A stretch of DNA of 64,000 bases from a bacterium (GTDB taxonomy: Bacteria > UBA8248): assembly GCA_965207065.1 (NCBI GenBank), contig OZ242260.1, positions 288,001 through 352,000 of the forward strand, given 5' to 3'. The position numbers and the translations under genes were made by a program. Positions within the stretch are counted from its first letter, which is position 1; every line of letters begins with the position of its first letter. The notes under the pieces are model-generated. The model had not been told where the DNA came from. It worked only from the letters and a program-made list of their open reading frames with translations, and made no database searches. This document shows positions 8,454-18,419 of the stretch, in pieces.

Positions 8454-9917
8454 TCAGCCGCCAAGGCCGTACTCCTCCCAGCGCCTCGTGACCCGCTCCT
8501 TAATCTCGTCCGTCATCACGATCTCGGGCGGCCATTCGCGCTCGAAACCCTCCGACGCCCATTTCCTCGTGCCGTCCACGCCCACCTTGCTGCCCACGTG
8601 GAGGCGCGGGGCGGCGTGTTCGAGCGCGTCCACGGGGCCGTCAACGAACACCATGTCGCGCCTCGGGTCGATGCTGCCGAGCACCTTCCAGGAGACCTCG
8701 CTGATGTCGTGCACGTTCACGTCCTCATCCACGATCACGATCACCTTCGCCAGCGCCATCTGCCCCATCCCCCACAGGGCGTACATCACCTTCCGCGCGT
8801 GGTAGGGATAGGCCTTGCGGATCGAGACGATCACCATGTTGTGGAACACGCCTTCGGCGGGCATGTGCACGTCCACGATTTCGGGCAACTGCATCTTCAT
8901 CAGCGGCAGGAATATGCGCCCCGTCGCCCCGCCGAGCCAGTAGTCCTCCATCGGCGGGCGGCCCACGATGGTGGTGGGGTAGATGGCCTCGCGCTTCCTC
9001 GTGATGGCCGTGACGTGAAAGACGGGGTAGTCGTCCGCCAGGGAATACCAGCCTGTGTGATCGCCGAAGGGACCCTCTTCCCTGAGTTCGCCGGGGTTCA
9101 GGTAGCCCTCCACCACGATGTCCGAATCCGCGGGCACCTCCACGTCCACCGTCCTGCACTTCACAAGCTCGGCGCTCTTTCTTCGCAGGAAACCGGCGAG
9201 GTTCAACTCGTCTATCGCGGGCGGCAGCGGCGCGCTCGCCGCGTAGACGTAGACGGGGTCGCCCCCCAATGCTATCGCCATCTCCATGCGCGCGCCCATC
9301 TTCGAGCTTTCCTGAAAGTTCTGCGCCCCGTCATGGTGTAAGTGCATGTGCATGCCGGCGGTGGTCTCGTCAAAGAACTGCACGCGGTAGAGGCCCACGT
9401 TCCGCCTGCCCGTCCGGGGGTTTCGCGAGTAGATGTGCCCGAAGGTGATGTAGCGTCCCGCATCCTCCGGCCAGCACTTGATGGCGGGAATCGAGAAGAG
9501 GTTCGGGTTCTCGGTCTCGACGATCTCCTGGCACGGGGCCACGCTCACCGTCTTGGGCGAGAAAGACGCGAGCCGCGCGAGCTTGGGCAGCATCTTCACC
9601 TTCTCGATGATGCCCTCGGGCGGTTTGATTTCCAGAAGCTCCGCCACCTCGTCCGCCACCGCGTCCATGCTCTCGACGCCGAGCGCCAGCTTCATCCGCT
9701 CCTCGGAAGCATAGGCGTTGATGAGTACGGGAACGTCGTATTCATGCCCGTCGGGAGTGACCGGCTTTTCGAACAAGAGGGCGGGGCCGCCGCTCTTCAC
9801 CGATCGGTCGGCGATCTCGGTGATTTCGAGTTCCACGTCGACCGGAACCTTGACGCGGCGCAACTCGCCCGCGCGCTCCAGGGCGTCGACGAATTCTTTA
9901 AGGGAGGCGTACGCCAT
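8454..9917 (-). CDS. mqnL: Menaquinone biosynthesis decarboxylase (UbiD family)
   Basis: LEITEIADR, GGPALLFE, RNVGLYR, EGPFGDHTG, GRPPMED; next to mqnP. Confidence 0.85.
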   Translation of the reverse strand: MAYASLKEFVDALERAGELRRVKVPVDVELEITEIADRSVKSGGPALLFEKPVTPDGHEYDVPVLINAYASEERMKLALGVESMDAVADEVAELLEIKPPEGIIEKVKMLPKLARLASFSPKTVSVAPCQEIVETENPNLFSIPAIKCWPEDAGRYITFGHIYSRNPRTGRRNVGLYRVQFFDETTAGMHMHLHHDGAQNFQESSKMGARMEMAIALGGDPVYVYAASAPLPPAIDELNLAGFLRRKSAELVKCRTVDVEVPADSDIVVEGYLNPGELREEGPFGDHTGWYSLADDYPVFHVTAITRKREAIYPTTIVGRPPMEDYWLGGATGRIFLPLMKMQLPEIVDVHMPAEGVFHNMVIVSIRKAYPYHARKVMYALWGMGQMALAKVIVIVDEDVNVHDISEVSWKVLGSIDPRRDMVFVDGPVDALEHAAPRLHVGSKVGVDGTRKWASEGFEREWPPEIVMTDEIKERVTRRWEEYGLGG

Positions 9918-9932
9918 GACTTTCGGGGGAAA

Positions 9933-10217
9933 CTACTCGATGACCTTGGGGACGCGGAAATGGCCCTTTGCGAAATCGGGCGCCATTTTTTCCATGTTCT
10001 CGATGGGGGATTCGGTGACCGCATCCTCGCGGAACACGTTCGTGATGTCGAGAACGTGCGATGTGGGCGCAACACCCTCGGTGTCTACCTCGTTCAGCTT
10101 GGCGATGTGCTCCAGTATCGCACTGAGCTGTTCGGTGAATTTCCCGATCTCATCCTCGCTCAGATTCAGCCGCGCCAGCCTGGACACGTGAATCACGTCT
10201 TCTCGCGAAATCGACAT
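9933..10217 (-). CDS. gatC: Asp/Glu-tRNA amidotransferase subunit C
   Basis: ISREDVIHVSRLARL..VDTEGVAPTSH..NVFRED..FRVPKVIE; AAGGAGG RBS. Confidence 0.92.
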   Translation of the reverse strand: MSISREDVIHVSRLARLNLSEDEIGKFTEQLSAILEHIAKLNEVDTEGVAPTSHVLDITNVFREDAVTESPIENMEKMAPDFAKGHFRVPKVIE

Positions 10218-10236
10218 CACTTCCTCCTTTGCGCCC

Positions 10237-12546
10237 TTATACAGCCGGGTTCTCTCCCCCGTCAACGCCCTCATCCGCAGGCGAGAGCGGCGCAGAGCTC
10301 AATACCAGTTTTTTCATCCCCGCCTTCTCGAACTCCACGCTCACCGTCGTGCGGTTTCCCGTCCCCTCGCGCTTGCGGATGACGCCCAGGCCGAATTTCT
10401 TGTGCTTGACGCGCGCGCCGGGCGCAAAGGGGCCGAGCGCTTCGGCGGGTACGACGGGCGCACTCTTTTTCCTGGGACGATTGCCGGTCGTGGCTTCGGA
10501 TAAAATCTCCGCATAGCGCGAGTCGGTGGAATCGCGCGGCGCCCTGAAATCGCGCGGCGCGCGCCTCCTCGTCGGGGCATGATCGCCCACCCGCTTTATG
10601 AGTTCTGGCCCCAGCCCTTTTATAAAGCGGCTCGGGTGCGACTCCCAGCTTTCTTTTTTGCCATCGGGCCGCCGCTCCTTCGCCCTAGAGAGACACAAGA
10701 ACTCCTTCGCCCGCGTGACGCCCACGTAGAGGAGCCTTCTCTCCTCATCCAGAGAAGCCGGCTCGTCCCGCGAGCGGCTGTGCGGAACCAACCCCTCCTC
10801 CATGCCGACGATACCCACCGCGGCGAACTCCAGCCCCTTCGCCGCATGAAGGGTCATCAGGGAAAGCGCGCCGCTTTCTCCGGACATTTCATCCGACTCG
10901 CCCATGAGCGCCAACTCCTCCAGAAACAATATCTTGGCCTCATCTGATTCGGGCGATACGCCTTCTTCCTCCTGAAACCGCTCTTCGAACGCACGGGCGG
11001 CGGCGACGAACTCGCTAGCACCCTCCATCGCGCGCGCGGCGGCGCGGCGGCGCTCCGGCGACGTGCTTCTCTGCGCAGCTCCCTCCATCCAGGCCCGGTA
11101 GCCCGTCCGCTCCAGCGCCTCTTCTATCAGGCGCGCGGGGCCCGCCTTCAGGGAAGCGAGCGCTTTGATCGTCTCAAGCAAGTCCCCGAGACTTTGCGCG
11201 GCGTTTCCCCGGATACGGCCCTGGGTAAGGGCGGCCTCCGCATCGGCCACCGTGACGCCCTGCGCCCCTTCTCCCGCTATCGCCTTCAGGCGTTCGGCCC
11301 CCAGCCCCCGTGGCGGGCGGTTGATGACCCGCGAGAAGGCCTCGCCATCCTCGGGCCGGATGAGCAGCCGTAAATAAGCGGCCAAGTCCTGCACTTCGGC
11401 GCGGTCGAAAAACCGCTGGCCCTTCACCACCTGGTAGGGAATCCCCTGTCTTCGGGCCGCTTGCTCCAGCGGACGCGACTGCGTGTTGATGCGGTAGAAG
11501 ACGGCGGCCTCGCCCCAGGGAATCGCACCACCCGCCCCTGCATCCATGAGGAGTTTGATGACGCCTTCCGCCTCCTCTTCGGGGTTCGCCGCCGCCAGGT
11601 AGCGGACGGCCTCCCCCGGGGGGTTCCGGGTGAAAAGGCGCTTCTCGTGGCGCGCCCCGGCTCCGCCCACAATGCGCGAGGCGACGCCGAGTATCGCCCC
11701 GCTCGAGCGGTAGTTCTCCTCCAGGCGGAACACCTGAGCGCCTGCGAATCTGCGCTCGAATTGCAGGATGTTCTCCACCTGCGCGCCCCGCCAGCCGTAG
11801 ATGCCCTGATCGTCATCCCCCACGGCGAACACGCGCCCGTGAGCGCGCGAGAGCAGGGCCACGAGTTCGTCCTGCACCGGGTTGGTGTCCTGGTATTCAT
11901 CGACGAGTATTTCCTGGAATCTCTCCTGATATTTCCTGAGAACGTCGGGATGCCGCCGGAACAGGCTTAATGGTCGCGCCAGCAGATCATCGAAATCCAC
12001 CGCGCCCGCCTCACGCAGGGCGCGTTCATAGGCGGGGGTGATTTTCCGGGCGGTGGCTTCGATGCTGAACGGAGACGATTCCGAATCATCCGCCTCCGAC
12101 AGCGAGGTCTTGCGGCGTCCTATCTGCTCCAGAACCGCTCTGGGCGCGTAGCGCTCCTCGCTGATATTCGCCGCTGCCAGGCACCGCTTTATGAGCGTGA
12201 GGCACTCCCCGCGCGAGAAAATGGTGAAGCTCGGCGACAGGCCCGCCGCTTCGGCTTCCGCCCTCAGGATTCTTGCGCAGACGGCGTGAAAGGTGCCCAC
12301 CCAGATGCCCCTCGCGCCCGTGCCCGGGGATGCGAAAAGACGCGCCCGCATCTCGCCCGCCGCCTTGTTCGTGAACGTGATGGCCAGGATACGGTCAGGT
12401 GCCATGCCCTCGTCGAGCAGGCGCAGGATGCGGTGGACGATCACCCGCGTCTTGCCCGAACCCGCGCCGGCCAGCACGAGGTTCGCGCCCGGCGGCGCCA
12501 GCACCGCCTCTTTCTGTTGGGGATTCAAGTCTTTCAGATAGTCCAC
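10237..12546 (-). CDS. pcrA: UvrD/PcrA superfamily 1 DNA helicase
   Basis: AGAGSGKT, TFTNKAA, VDEYQD, VGDDDQ, LEENYRS, TLHAAKGLEF, EERRLLYVGVTRA, Tudor-like tail. Confidence 0.92.
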   Translation of the reverse strand: MDYLKDLNPQQKEAVLAPPGANLVLAGAGSGKTRVIVHRILRLLDEGMAPDRILAITFTNKAAGEMRARLFASPGTGARGIWVGTFHAVCARILRAEAEAAGLSPSFTIFSRGECLTLIKRCLAAANISEERYAPRAVLEQIGRRKTSLSEADDSESSPFSIEATARKITPAYERALREAGAVDFDDLLARPLSLFRRHPDVLRKYQERFQEILVDEYQDTNPVQDELVALLSRAHGRVFAVGDDDQGIYGWRGAQVENILQFERRFAGAQVFRLEENYRSSGAILGVASRIVGGAGARHEKRLFTRNPPGEAVRYLAAANPEEEAEGVIKLLMDAGAGGAIPWGEAAVFYRINTQSRPLEQAARRQGIPYQVVKGQRFFDRAEVQDLAAYLRLLIRPEDGEAFSRVINRPPRGLGAERLKAIAGEGAQGVTVADAEAALTQGRIRGNAAQSLGDLLETIKALASLKAGPARLIEEALERTGYRAWMEGAAQRSTSPERRRAAARAMEGASEFVAAARAFEERFQEEEGVSPESDEAKILFLEELALMGESDEMSGESGALSLMTLHAAKGLEFAAVGIVGMEEGLVPHSRSRDEPASLDEERRLLYVGVTRAKEFLCLSRAKERRPDGKKESWESHPSRFIKGLGPELIKRVGDHAPTRRRAPRDFRAPRDSTDSRYAEILSEATTGNRPRKKSAPVVPAEALGPFAPGARVKHKKFGLGVIRKREGTGNRTTVSVEFEKAGMKKLVLSSAPLSPADEGVDGGENPAV

Positions 12547-12561
12547 GGATCCAATTTCGTA

Positions 12562-13338
12562 TTAAAACCTTCGTCGGCCCACACTCGGCTTGGGAGCGCG
12601 GATGAGCGTTCCTTCGGGATACACTCCCTTGGAGACGGTTACGTTCGGCGCGATCCAGGAGCCGGGCCCCAGCAATACGCCAGGTGAGGTCACCGTGTTG
12701 CAGCCGATCTCGACGTCATCGCCGATCACGGCGCCGAACTTCGTGAGGCCGGTATCGATCCGCTCTCCCGCTGCGCGAAGGACGATGTTTTTCACCGCGC
12801 CCGTTCTTTTCTCTTCTTCTGTCCTGAGCTCGAGGTTCGCGAGCTTCACACCCGCGCCCAGGTTCGCCTCGAACCCCAGAATGCTGTCCCCCACGTAGGC
12901 GAAATGCCCCGCGTGCGCGCCGTTCAGAAAGGCGCTGTTCTTGACTTCCGTCGCATGACCCACGACGGCGCCCGGCCCGATGAGGCAGCCGCCCCGGAGA
13001 TACGCGCCATGCCGCACCTCGGCGCCCGCGCTAAGCACCGTCGGCCCCTTGATGACGACGCCGGGCTCCACCCGCGCGCCCGCCTCGATGAGCAGGCCGA
13101 CCGAGGCAATTTTCAGGTTCTCTTCCGTGACGAGCAGCCCTTCGCTCACCACGAGGCCCTCCTCCACCCGAAGTGCTGCGGCTTCGCTTGCAGGCGCGTC
13201 GGCTTCATCCACCAGTTTTTGGACGAAATCCGTAAGGCGCCCGACCGCCTCCCAGGCGTGCGTCACGCTTTTGAGGAAGGCGGCGTGGGGAAACTCGCCG
13301 AGCTTTCCGAAATAGGTTTCCGGCGTCGTCGCGCTCAT
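12562..13338 (-). CDS. Hexapeptide-repeat acetyltransferase (stand-alone GlmU C-terminal-like domain)
   Basis: EVRHGAYLRG, GHATEVKNS, HFAYVGDSILG, NLGAGVKLAN, KFGAVIGD; ATGA overlap with the upstream mutase. Confidence 0.85.
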   Translation of the reverse strand: MSATTPETYFGKLGEFPHAAFLKSVTHAWEAVGRLTDFVQKLVDEADAPASEAAALRVEEGLVVSEGLLVTEENLKIASVGLLIEAGARVEPGVVIKGPTVLSAGAEVRHGAYLRGGCLIGPGAVVGHATEVKNSAFLNGAHAGHFAYVGDSILGFEANLGAGVKLANLELRTEEEKRTGAVKNIVLRAAGERIDTGLTKFGAVIGDDVEIGCNTVTSPGVLLGPGSWIAPNVTVSKGVYPEGTLIRAPKPSVGRRRF

Positions 13339-15266
13339 TTTTTCTGCTCCAGATACCACTCGCCCAGCGGCGTGATGCTGAATGTTCCGGCTTCTTCCCG
13401 CGCCAAGCCGCCGCGCAGAACCTCTTTTCGTATGCTCGTTACGCTAACGGACGCGCCGAAGCGGGCTTCTGAGTCCAAATCCAAAAGCACATCCGCCGCA
13501 ACAGCGTCCATCTCGCGCTCGCGCAAGGCCTCCAGCAAGCACGCCTCCGCCCGCGCGCCGGGAGCGTCATGGTCCTTCATTCGCATGATAATCTCGCGCA
13601 ACACCCCATCCCCCACGGCGCAGAGCTTTTCTTCCCATTCGGCGGGACCTCGCATCACCACGCCCGTCCTGCTCTCGGTCCCTGAGTTCCTCACGTAGAC
13701 CGCGCCCAGCGGCCCGCCCGCCTCATCTTCCAGGGCCAGATACATCATGCCCGCGTCGTCCTCCAAAGGCGCAAAGCGCGGGGCGGCTATGCCCTGGAAA
13801 GCGCTCTCTGCATCCGCCATGAGTTTCTTGGCGATGGCCTCCCACCCCTCCGTCCCCGTCGCGAAGCGGCTCCGCTCCACGTGATAGGCATAATAAGACC
13901 TCTTGAATCCCCTGGGAAACGGCGCGGCGATAGTCGCATAGGCTTCTTCGGGTTTTGCGTCTTCAAAAAGGCTCCGCACTGCAGCAATTGTGTTGAGATA
14001 ACTCTTGAAACCGTCTCCCACCGCGATTCTGAGTCCCTCGCCCACCGCGTTCACGAGCAGGCCCGGCGCGATTGTATGGCCTGACTCCTCACCGCCCAGC
14101 GCGAAACGGTCCCCCCATCTCCGCGCCTCGTTCAATATCCACTTGTCCCCCACGGGAGTGAAGACGACCCGAAGCCCCGTCTCGGCCAGGGCCGCCGCCG
14201 CGCCCGAATCGCTCTCTATCGTAATGGCGGCCACGCCTCCCTCGGGCAATTCGCCCTCTCCTTTCAGGAAACGGGCTTGCAGGACGAGCGCATCGTCGCC
14301 ATCGAGGACGTGAAGCGCATCGAGAAACGGATTGTAGACGAGGGCGTAGCCCCTGTCGCCGTCGGCGTCCAGGACGCAGGCCGCCGCCATGCCGTCGCCT
14401 CTTCTCAGTTCCTCGCGCCGCTCGCGGCCCGCCTCAAAAAGCGCGCGCGCGCCAGCGTGGCCGGCGATAAATTCGGCATCCTCTCCTTCGACGATGCGCC
14501 TGCCCTCGAGCGCGACAACGCCGCCGTTCTCGTTCACGCGGCCCTCACTCAAACCGTTCACCTCACACACGCTCAGAGGGCCTGACTCCTCCAGCACCCC
14601 TGCGGCCACACCGCTCCAGGCCCCTGCCGCCGGGTCCACCACGAGGCTCCACCGGGCGAGGTCGCCCTCGCGCAGCCAGCAGTTGGGAAGCCGGGTGACG
14701 TAATCAACATAAAACGCGCGCGCCTCGGCGGCTGCTTCCACCCCGTGTCCGCTCTCGGGCGTCTGCGCCACCGCGCTCCACTCGCTCGCCCAGACGCGGT
14801 CGCTTAACGCCGCGTCCTCATCCGGCAAGGGCTTCATCGAGTCGGGGGAGAGCAGGATTTTCACGCCGTTTTGTTCCGCAGGGTTATGGGAGGCGGTGAG
14901 GATCACCGCGCCCGCCCCGCCCACGCCCGCCAGATAGGCCGCGGCCGCAGGCGTCGGCATCACCCCGAGCGAGAGAGCGTGCGCGCCCGCGCGCAGGAGG
15001 CCGTTCACGCACGCGGCGGATAATTCTCCGCCTGTGTCCCGGGGGTCCCAGGCCAGCACAACCGCAGTGGGAGAGATGAGTTGCTCGGATGCTCGCTCCA
15101 GAAGCCATTTACCGGCTTCAAAGACATAGTGCTCGATGAACCGGGGCGTCAGGACCCCGTTTTCCAGATATGCCGCGCGTGGGTCGACCCCCGCCACCAG
15201 GGGGTGCTCCTCCCCCACGGCGAGGCCGCGAACCCCGTCCGTTCCCTGAAACTTCGCGTTCGGCAT
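13335..15266 (-). CDS. glmM: Phosphoglucosamine mutase-like phosphohexomutase, 643 aa
   Basis: FQGTDGVRG, TASHNP, DADGDR, VGDK, GGEESGH, RNSGTE; glm operon context. Confidence 0.8.
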   Translation of the reverse strand: MPNAKFQGTDGVRGLAVGEEHPLVAGVDPRAAYLENGVLTPRFIEHYVFEAGKWLLERASEQLISPTAVVLAWDPRDTGGELSAACVNGLLRAGAHALSLGVMPTPAAAAYLAGVGGAGAVILTASHNPAEQNGVKILLSPDSMKPLPDEDAALSDRVWASEWSAVAQTPESGHGVEAAAEARAFYVDYVTRLPNCWLREGDLARWSLVVDPAAGAWSGVAAGVLEESGPLSVCEVNGLSEGRVNENGGVVALEGRRIVEGEDAEFIAGHAGARALFEAGRERREELRRGDGMAAACVLDADGDRGYALVYNPFLDALHVLDGDDALVLQARFLKGEGELPEGGVAAITIESDSGAAAALAETGLRVVFTPVGDKWILNEARRWGDRFALGGEESGHTIAPGLLVNAVGEGLRIAVGDGFKSYLNTIAAVRSLFEDAKPEEAYATIAAPFPRGFKRSYYAYHVERSRFATGTEGWEAIAKKLMADAESAFQGIAAPRFAPLEDDAGMMYLALEDEAGGPLGAVYVRNSGTESRTGVVMRGPAEWEEKLCAVGDGVLREIIMRMKDHDAPGARAEACLLEALREREMDAVAADVLLDLDSEARFGASVSVTSIRKEVLRGGLAREEAGTFSITPLGEWYLEQKK

Positions 15267-15283
15267 TTTGGGAGTGCGCGTCC

Positions 15284-17107
15284 TTAGGCGACGGTGACGG
15301 ACTTCGCCAGGGCGCGCGGCCTGTCGACGTCTCGCTTCAAGGCAACCGCGAGGAAATACGCCAGCAACTGTCCCGAGACCAGGTGCAGGAAAGGCGCAAG
15401 CAGGGGGGATACCCTCGGAAGCACAATCTCCTCGCTGAACAGCCCCTCCACCACCTCGTCTCCCTCGAAGCGGTAGCCCAGCACGAAGCCGCCGCGCGCG
15501 CGGACTTCCTCCGCGCTGCTCCTGGTGAGCGCGTGCAGCTCGGCCTCTTCGGGCGTGGGCATCAGGACGATGGTGTACATGTTCTCGTCGATGAGGGAGA
15601 TGGTGCCGTGCTTGAGGAAGCCCGCGCTCATTCCCTCCGCGTGGAGGTAGGTGACTTCCTTCATCTTGAGCGCGCATTCGAGCGCCGCGGGGTAATAGAT
15701 GCCCCGGCCCAGGTAGAGCCAGTTCTTCATGTGCTGATGCGCGTGCGCCGCCGTGTGGAAATAGCCCGAGCGTTCGTTGAGCGTCTCGAGCACGAGGTCG
15801 GACAAGGTGGCGACCTCTTCCCTCAGCGCCGCGACTTCCGCCTCGCTCAGACGCCCCGCGAGCAGGCCCAGCTCCATCGAGGCGAGCAGCAACACCACCG
15901 CCTGGCTCAGGGCCGTCTTGGTGCTGATGACGCATTTTTCGGGTCCCGCGCCCTGGAGAATCGGCACGTCCACCGAGCGCACCAAGGTGGAACCCATCAC
16001 GTTCACGATGCCCGCCGTCCTCGCGCCACCCGATTTCGCATGGCGCAGGGCGCTCAGTGTGTCGTAGGTCTCTCCCGACTGGCTGATGGCGCAAAAGCCG
16101 TCCTCGGGCCCGACCTCCGCGATGTGGGCGAACTCGTCCGTGCTGACGACGGGCAGATACCGCCCCCCCAGGCGGCTGAAGAAGTACTGCCCCATCGACG
16201 CGATGTAGTAGGTCGTCCCCACGCCGCCCAGGTAGCATTGCCGCGATTCGTGAATCATCGCCGCCAGCGCCTGGATATCCTCTCTGGGTATCTGGAGGGC
16301 GGCCTGGACGGTGCTTGGCTGGTCGTAAATTTCCTTCAGCATGAAATGGGGATAACCGCCCCGGCGGGCCTTTTCCGCGTCCCACTCGATCTCGGTGACT
16401 TCCTTGTCGACGCGCTCTCTGGTGAGCAGGCTCTTGACCGCGTAGCTCTCCGGCGTGATGAGCGCGTATTCGCCGTCTTCCATGATGATCGCCCGGCGGG
16501 TGTACTCGAAGAACGCGCTGAAATCCGAACCCACGTAGTTGGCGTCGTCCCCCAGGCCGATGATGAGGGGCGATTCACGCTTCACGCAGAGAATCCGGCC
16601 CGGCGCGTCGACCGATATGACCGCCAGGGCGAAGGTGCCCTCGAGTTCGTCGATCGCCTCGACGAAGCCCTCTTCCACATCCTGGCCGTTTCGCGCGATT
16701 TTCTGCGCCACCAGATGCGCGATGACCTCGGAATCCGTCTCGGAGCGGAACGCGGCGCCCTCGCGCGAGAGCTTCTCCCTGAGTTCCTTGTAGTTCGAGA
16801 TGATGCCGTTGTGGACAACGGCCAGGCGGCTCTCGTTGTCCGCGTGGGGGTGCGCGTTCGCCTGCGTCACCCCGCCGTGCGTCGCCCAGCGCGTATGCGC
16901 GATGCCCACGAGGCCCTTCATGTCCGTGAAGCGCTCGATGGCGTTCACCGTCTCCACGGTGCCCACGTTCTTGCGGATGTCTATCGTAGAGTTTCTCTGG
17001 ACGGCCATGCCGCAGGAGTCATACCCCCGGTATTCCAGGGACGCGATGGAGCGCAGGAGCTTTTGCGAGACGTTCGCGCTCGCCGCCATGCCCGCGATGC
17101 CGCACAT
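15284..17107 (-). CDS. glmS: Glutamine-fructose-6-phosphate aminotransferase
   Basis: MCGI, LEYRGYDS, HTRWATHG, ISQSGET, LAKSVTV. Confidence 0.95.
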   Translation of the reverse strand: MCGIAGMAASANVSQKLLRSIASLEYRGYDSCGMAVQRNSTIDIRKNVGTVETVNAIERFTDMKGLVGIAHTRWATHGGVTQANAHPHADNESRLAVVHNGIISNYKELREKLSREGAAFRSETDSEVIAHLVAQKIARNGQDVEEGFVEAIDELEGTFALAVISVDAPGRILCVKRESPLIIGLGDDANYVGSDFSAFFEYTRRAIIMEDGEYALITPESYAVKSLLTRERVDKEVTEIEWDAEKARRGGYPHFMLKEIYDQPSTVQAALQIPREDIQALAAMIHESRQCYLGGVGTTYYIASMGQYFFSRLGGRYLPVVSTDEFAHIAEVGPEDGFCAISQSGETYDTLSALRHAKSGGARTAGIVNVMGSTLVRSVDVPILQGAGPEKCVISTKTALSQAVVLLLASMELGLLAGRLSEAEVAALREEVATLSDLVLETLNERSGYFHTAAHAHQHMKNWLYLGRGIYYPAALECALKMKEVTYLHAEGMSAGFLKHGTISLIDENMYTIVLMPTPEEAELHALTRSSAEEVRARGGFVLGYRFEGDEVVEGLFSEEIVLPRVSPLLAPFLHLVSGQLLAYFLAVALKRDVDRPRALAKSVTVA

Positions 17108-17108
17108 G

Positions 17109-18314
17109 CTAGTTCTCTCCCCGCGGATAGGTGTAGTGATGCGGGACTACCTCGCCGGGCGGGACGACGGTTCCCGATGCCAGCGTGTTCGAGGCGCCGA
17201 CCAGCGCTCCGTCGCCCAGGAAAGACCCCACCTTGTCGAGGCCGGAATCGACCTTACCCTCCGGCATGCGCACCACGATTTTGGACTGGTCGAGATTCTG
17301 AATCAGCGTCATCGTCCCCGAACCCACCACGGCGTCCTCGCCGACGACGCTGTCGCCCACGAAGGAGAGGCGCCCCACGCGAACGCCATTGAACAGGATG
17401 CAATTCTTCAACTCAACGCCGAACCCGATGGTCGCGTTCGCGCCGATGGCCGTGTAGGGGCGCACCAGAACCCCGTTGCCCAGAAACGTGTTCTCCCCGA
17501 TGAAGCACGGCCCGAATATGGAGGCGCCCGATTCGATCACCACGTTTTTCTCGATCACCACGGGTCCGCGAAACTGTACCGCGCCCCTGAGCCGAACGCT
17601 GCCGTCCACGCGGGCCTCGCTCCAGGTGTCCATGACCATCTGGTTCCCCTTGAGCAGATCCCAGGGATGCTGGGCGTCCAGCCAGGGTTCCTCCCAGATC
17701 GAGGAGCGCAGCCCCTCGCCCGCGCACAACTCGTTGAGCGCCTCGTCCATCTCTAAGCTCTCCAGCAGATCGAACAGCCGATAGGGCATGACGAACACGC
17801 CGGCCAGAACGTAATTGCCCACCTCGCGCTCCACGGGCTTCTCCACCAGGCGCTCTATCTGCATGTCCTGGCCGAGATAGACCGTGCCGTAGTTCTGGGC
17901 GTGGGGCGTGTGGCAAATCGCCGCCACGGGCTGATGAAAAGTGCCGAACGCCTGCACGACCTGGCGGTACATGTTCTCGGACGCCAGCACGTCCGCATAA
18001 ACCAGCAGAAACGACTCATCCTCCTGGAAATGCCCTTTCGCGAGACTGATGGCGTTTCGGATTCCCGAGGGCTCCTCCTGGCGGATGTACTGAATCGTCA
18101 TTCCGTAGCGCGAACCCTGCCCGAATTCGTTGATGATCCTGTCGGCGCGGTGCCCGACGACGACGACCAGGTCGCTCACGCCGGCGGCGCGTATCTTCTT
18201 GAGCGCCGAATGCAGGAGCATCTCGCCCGCCATCGGCAGCATCGCCTTCGGCCGGGTATTCGTAAACGGATATAGACCGGCCCCGCGGCCGGCCGCCAGA
18301 ATCAACGCTCTCAC
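17109..18314 (-). CDS. Sugar-phosphate nucleotidyltransferase with a left-handed beta-helix domain (archaeal GlmU-like)
   Basis: ALILAAGRGAGLYPFTNTRPKAM, LVEKP, PWDLL, ELKNC, SFVGDSVVG. Confidence 0.8.
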   Translation of the reverse strand: MRALILAAGRGAGLYPFTNTRPKAMLPMAGEMLLHSALKKIRAAGVSDLVVVVGHRADRIINEFGQGSRYGMTIQYIRQEEPSGIRNAISLAKGHFQEDESFLLVYADVLASENMYRQVVQAFGTFHQPVAAICHTPHAQNYGTVYLGQDMQIERLVEKPVEREVGNYVLAGVFVMPYRLFDLLESLEMDEALNELCAGEGLRSSIWEEPWLDAQHPWDLLKGNQMVMDTWSEARVDGSVRLRGAVQFRGPVVIEKNVVIESGASIFGPCFIGENTFLGNGVLVRPYTAIGANATIGFGVELKNCILFNGVRVGRLSFVGDSVVGEDAVVGSGTMTLIQNLDQSKIVVRMPEGKVDSGLDKVGSFLGDGALVGASNTLASGTVVPPGEVVPHHYTYPRGEN

Positions 18315-18419
18315 GAGATACCTTCCTGAAATTCGCTCAATATAGCCCCGAAACGGGCGTTTCTCTCGTTTTTCTAACTTGCGCGGGAAATTATAGCAAA
18401 TCAGACGCCTCAGCGCGCA

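Noticed and set aside
13335-16385. 1016-aa ORF as a giant fusion
   Set aside because: The first 373 codons are an alternative frame over glmS; the mutase starts at ATG 15266
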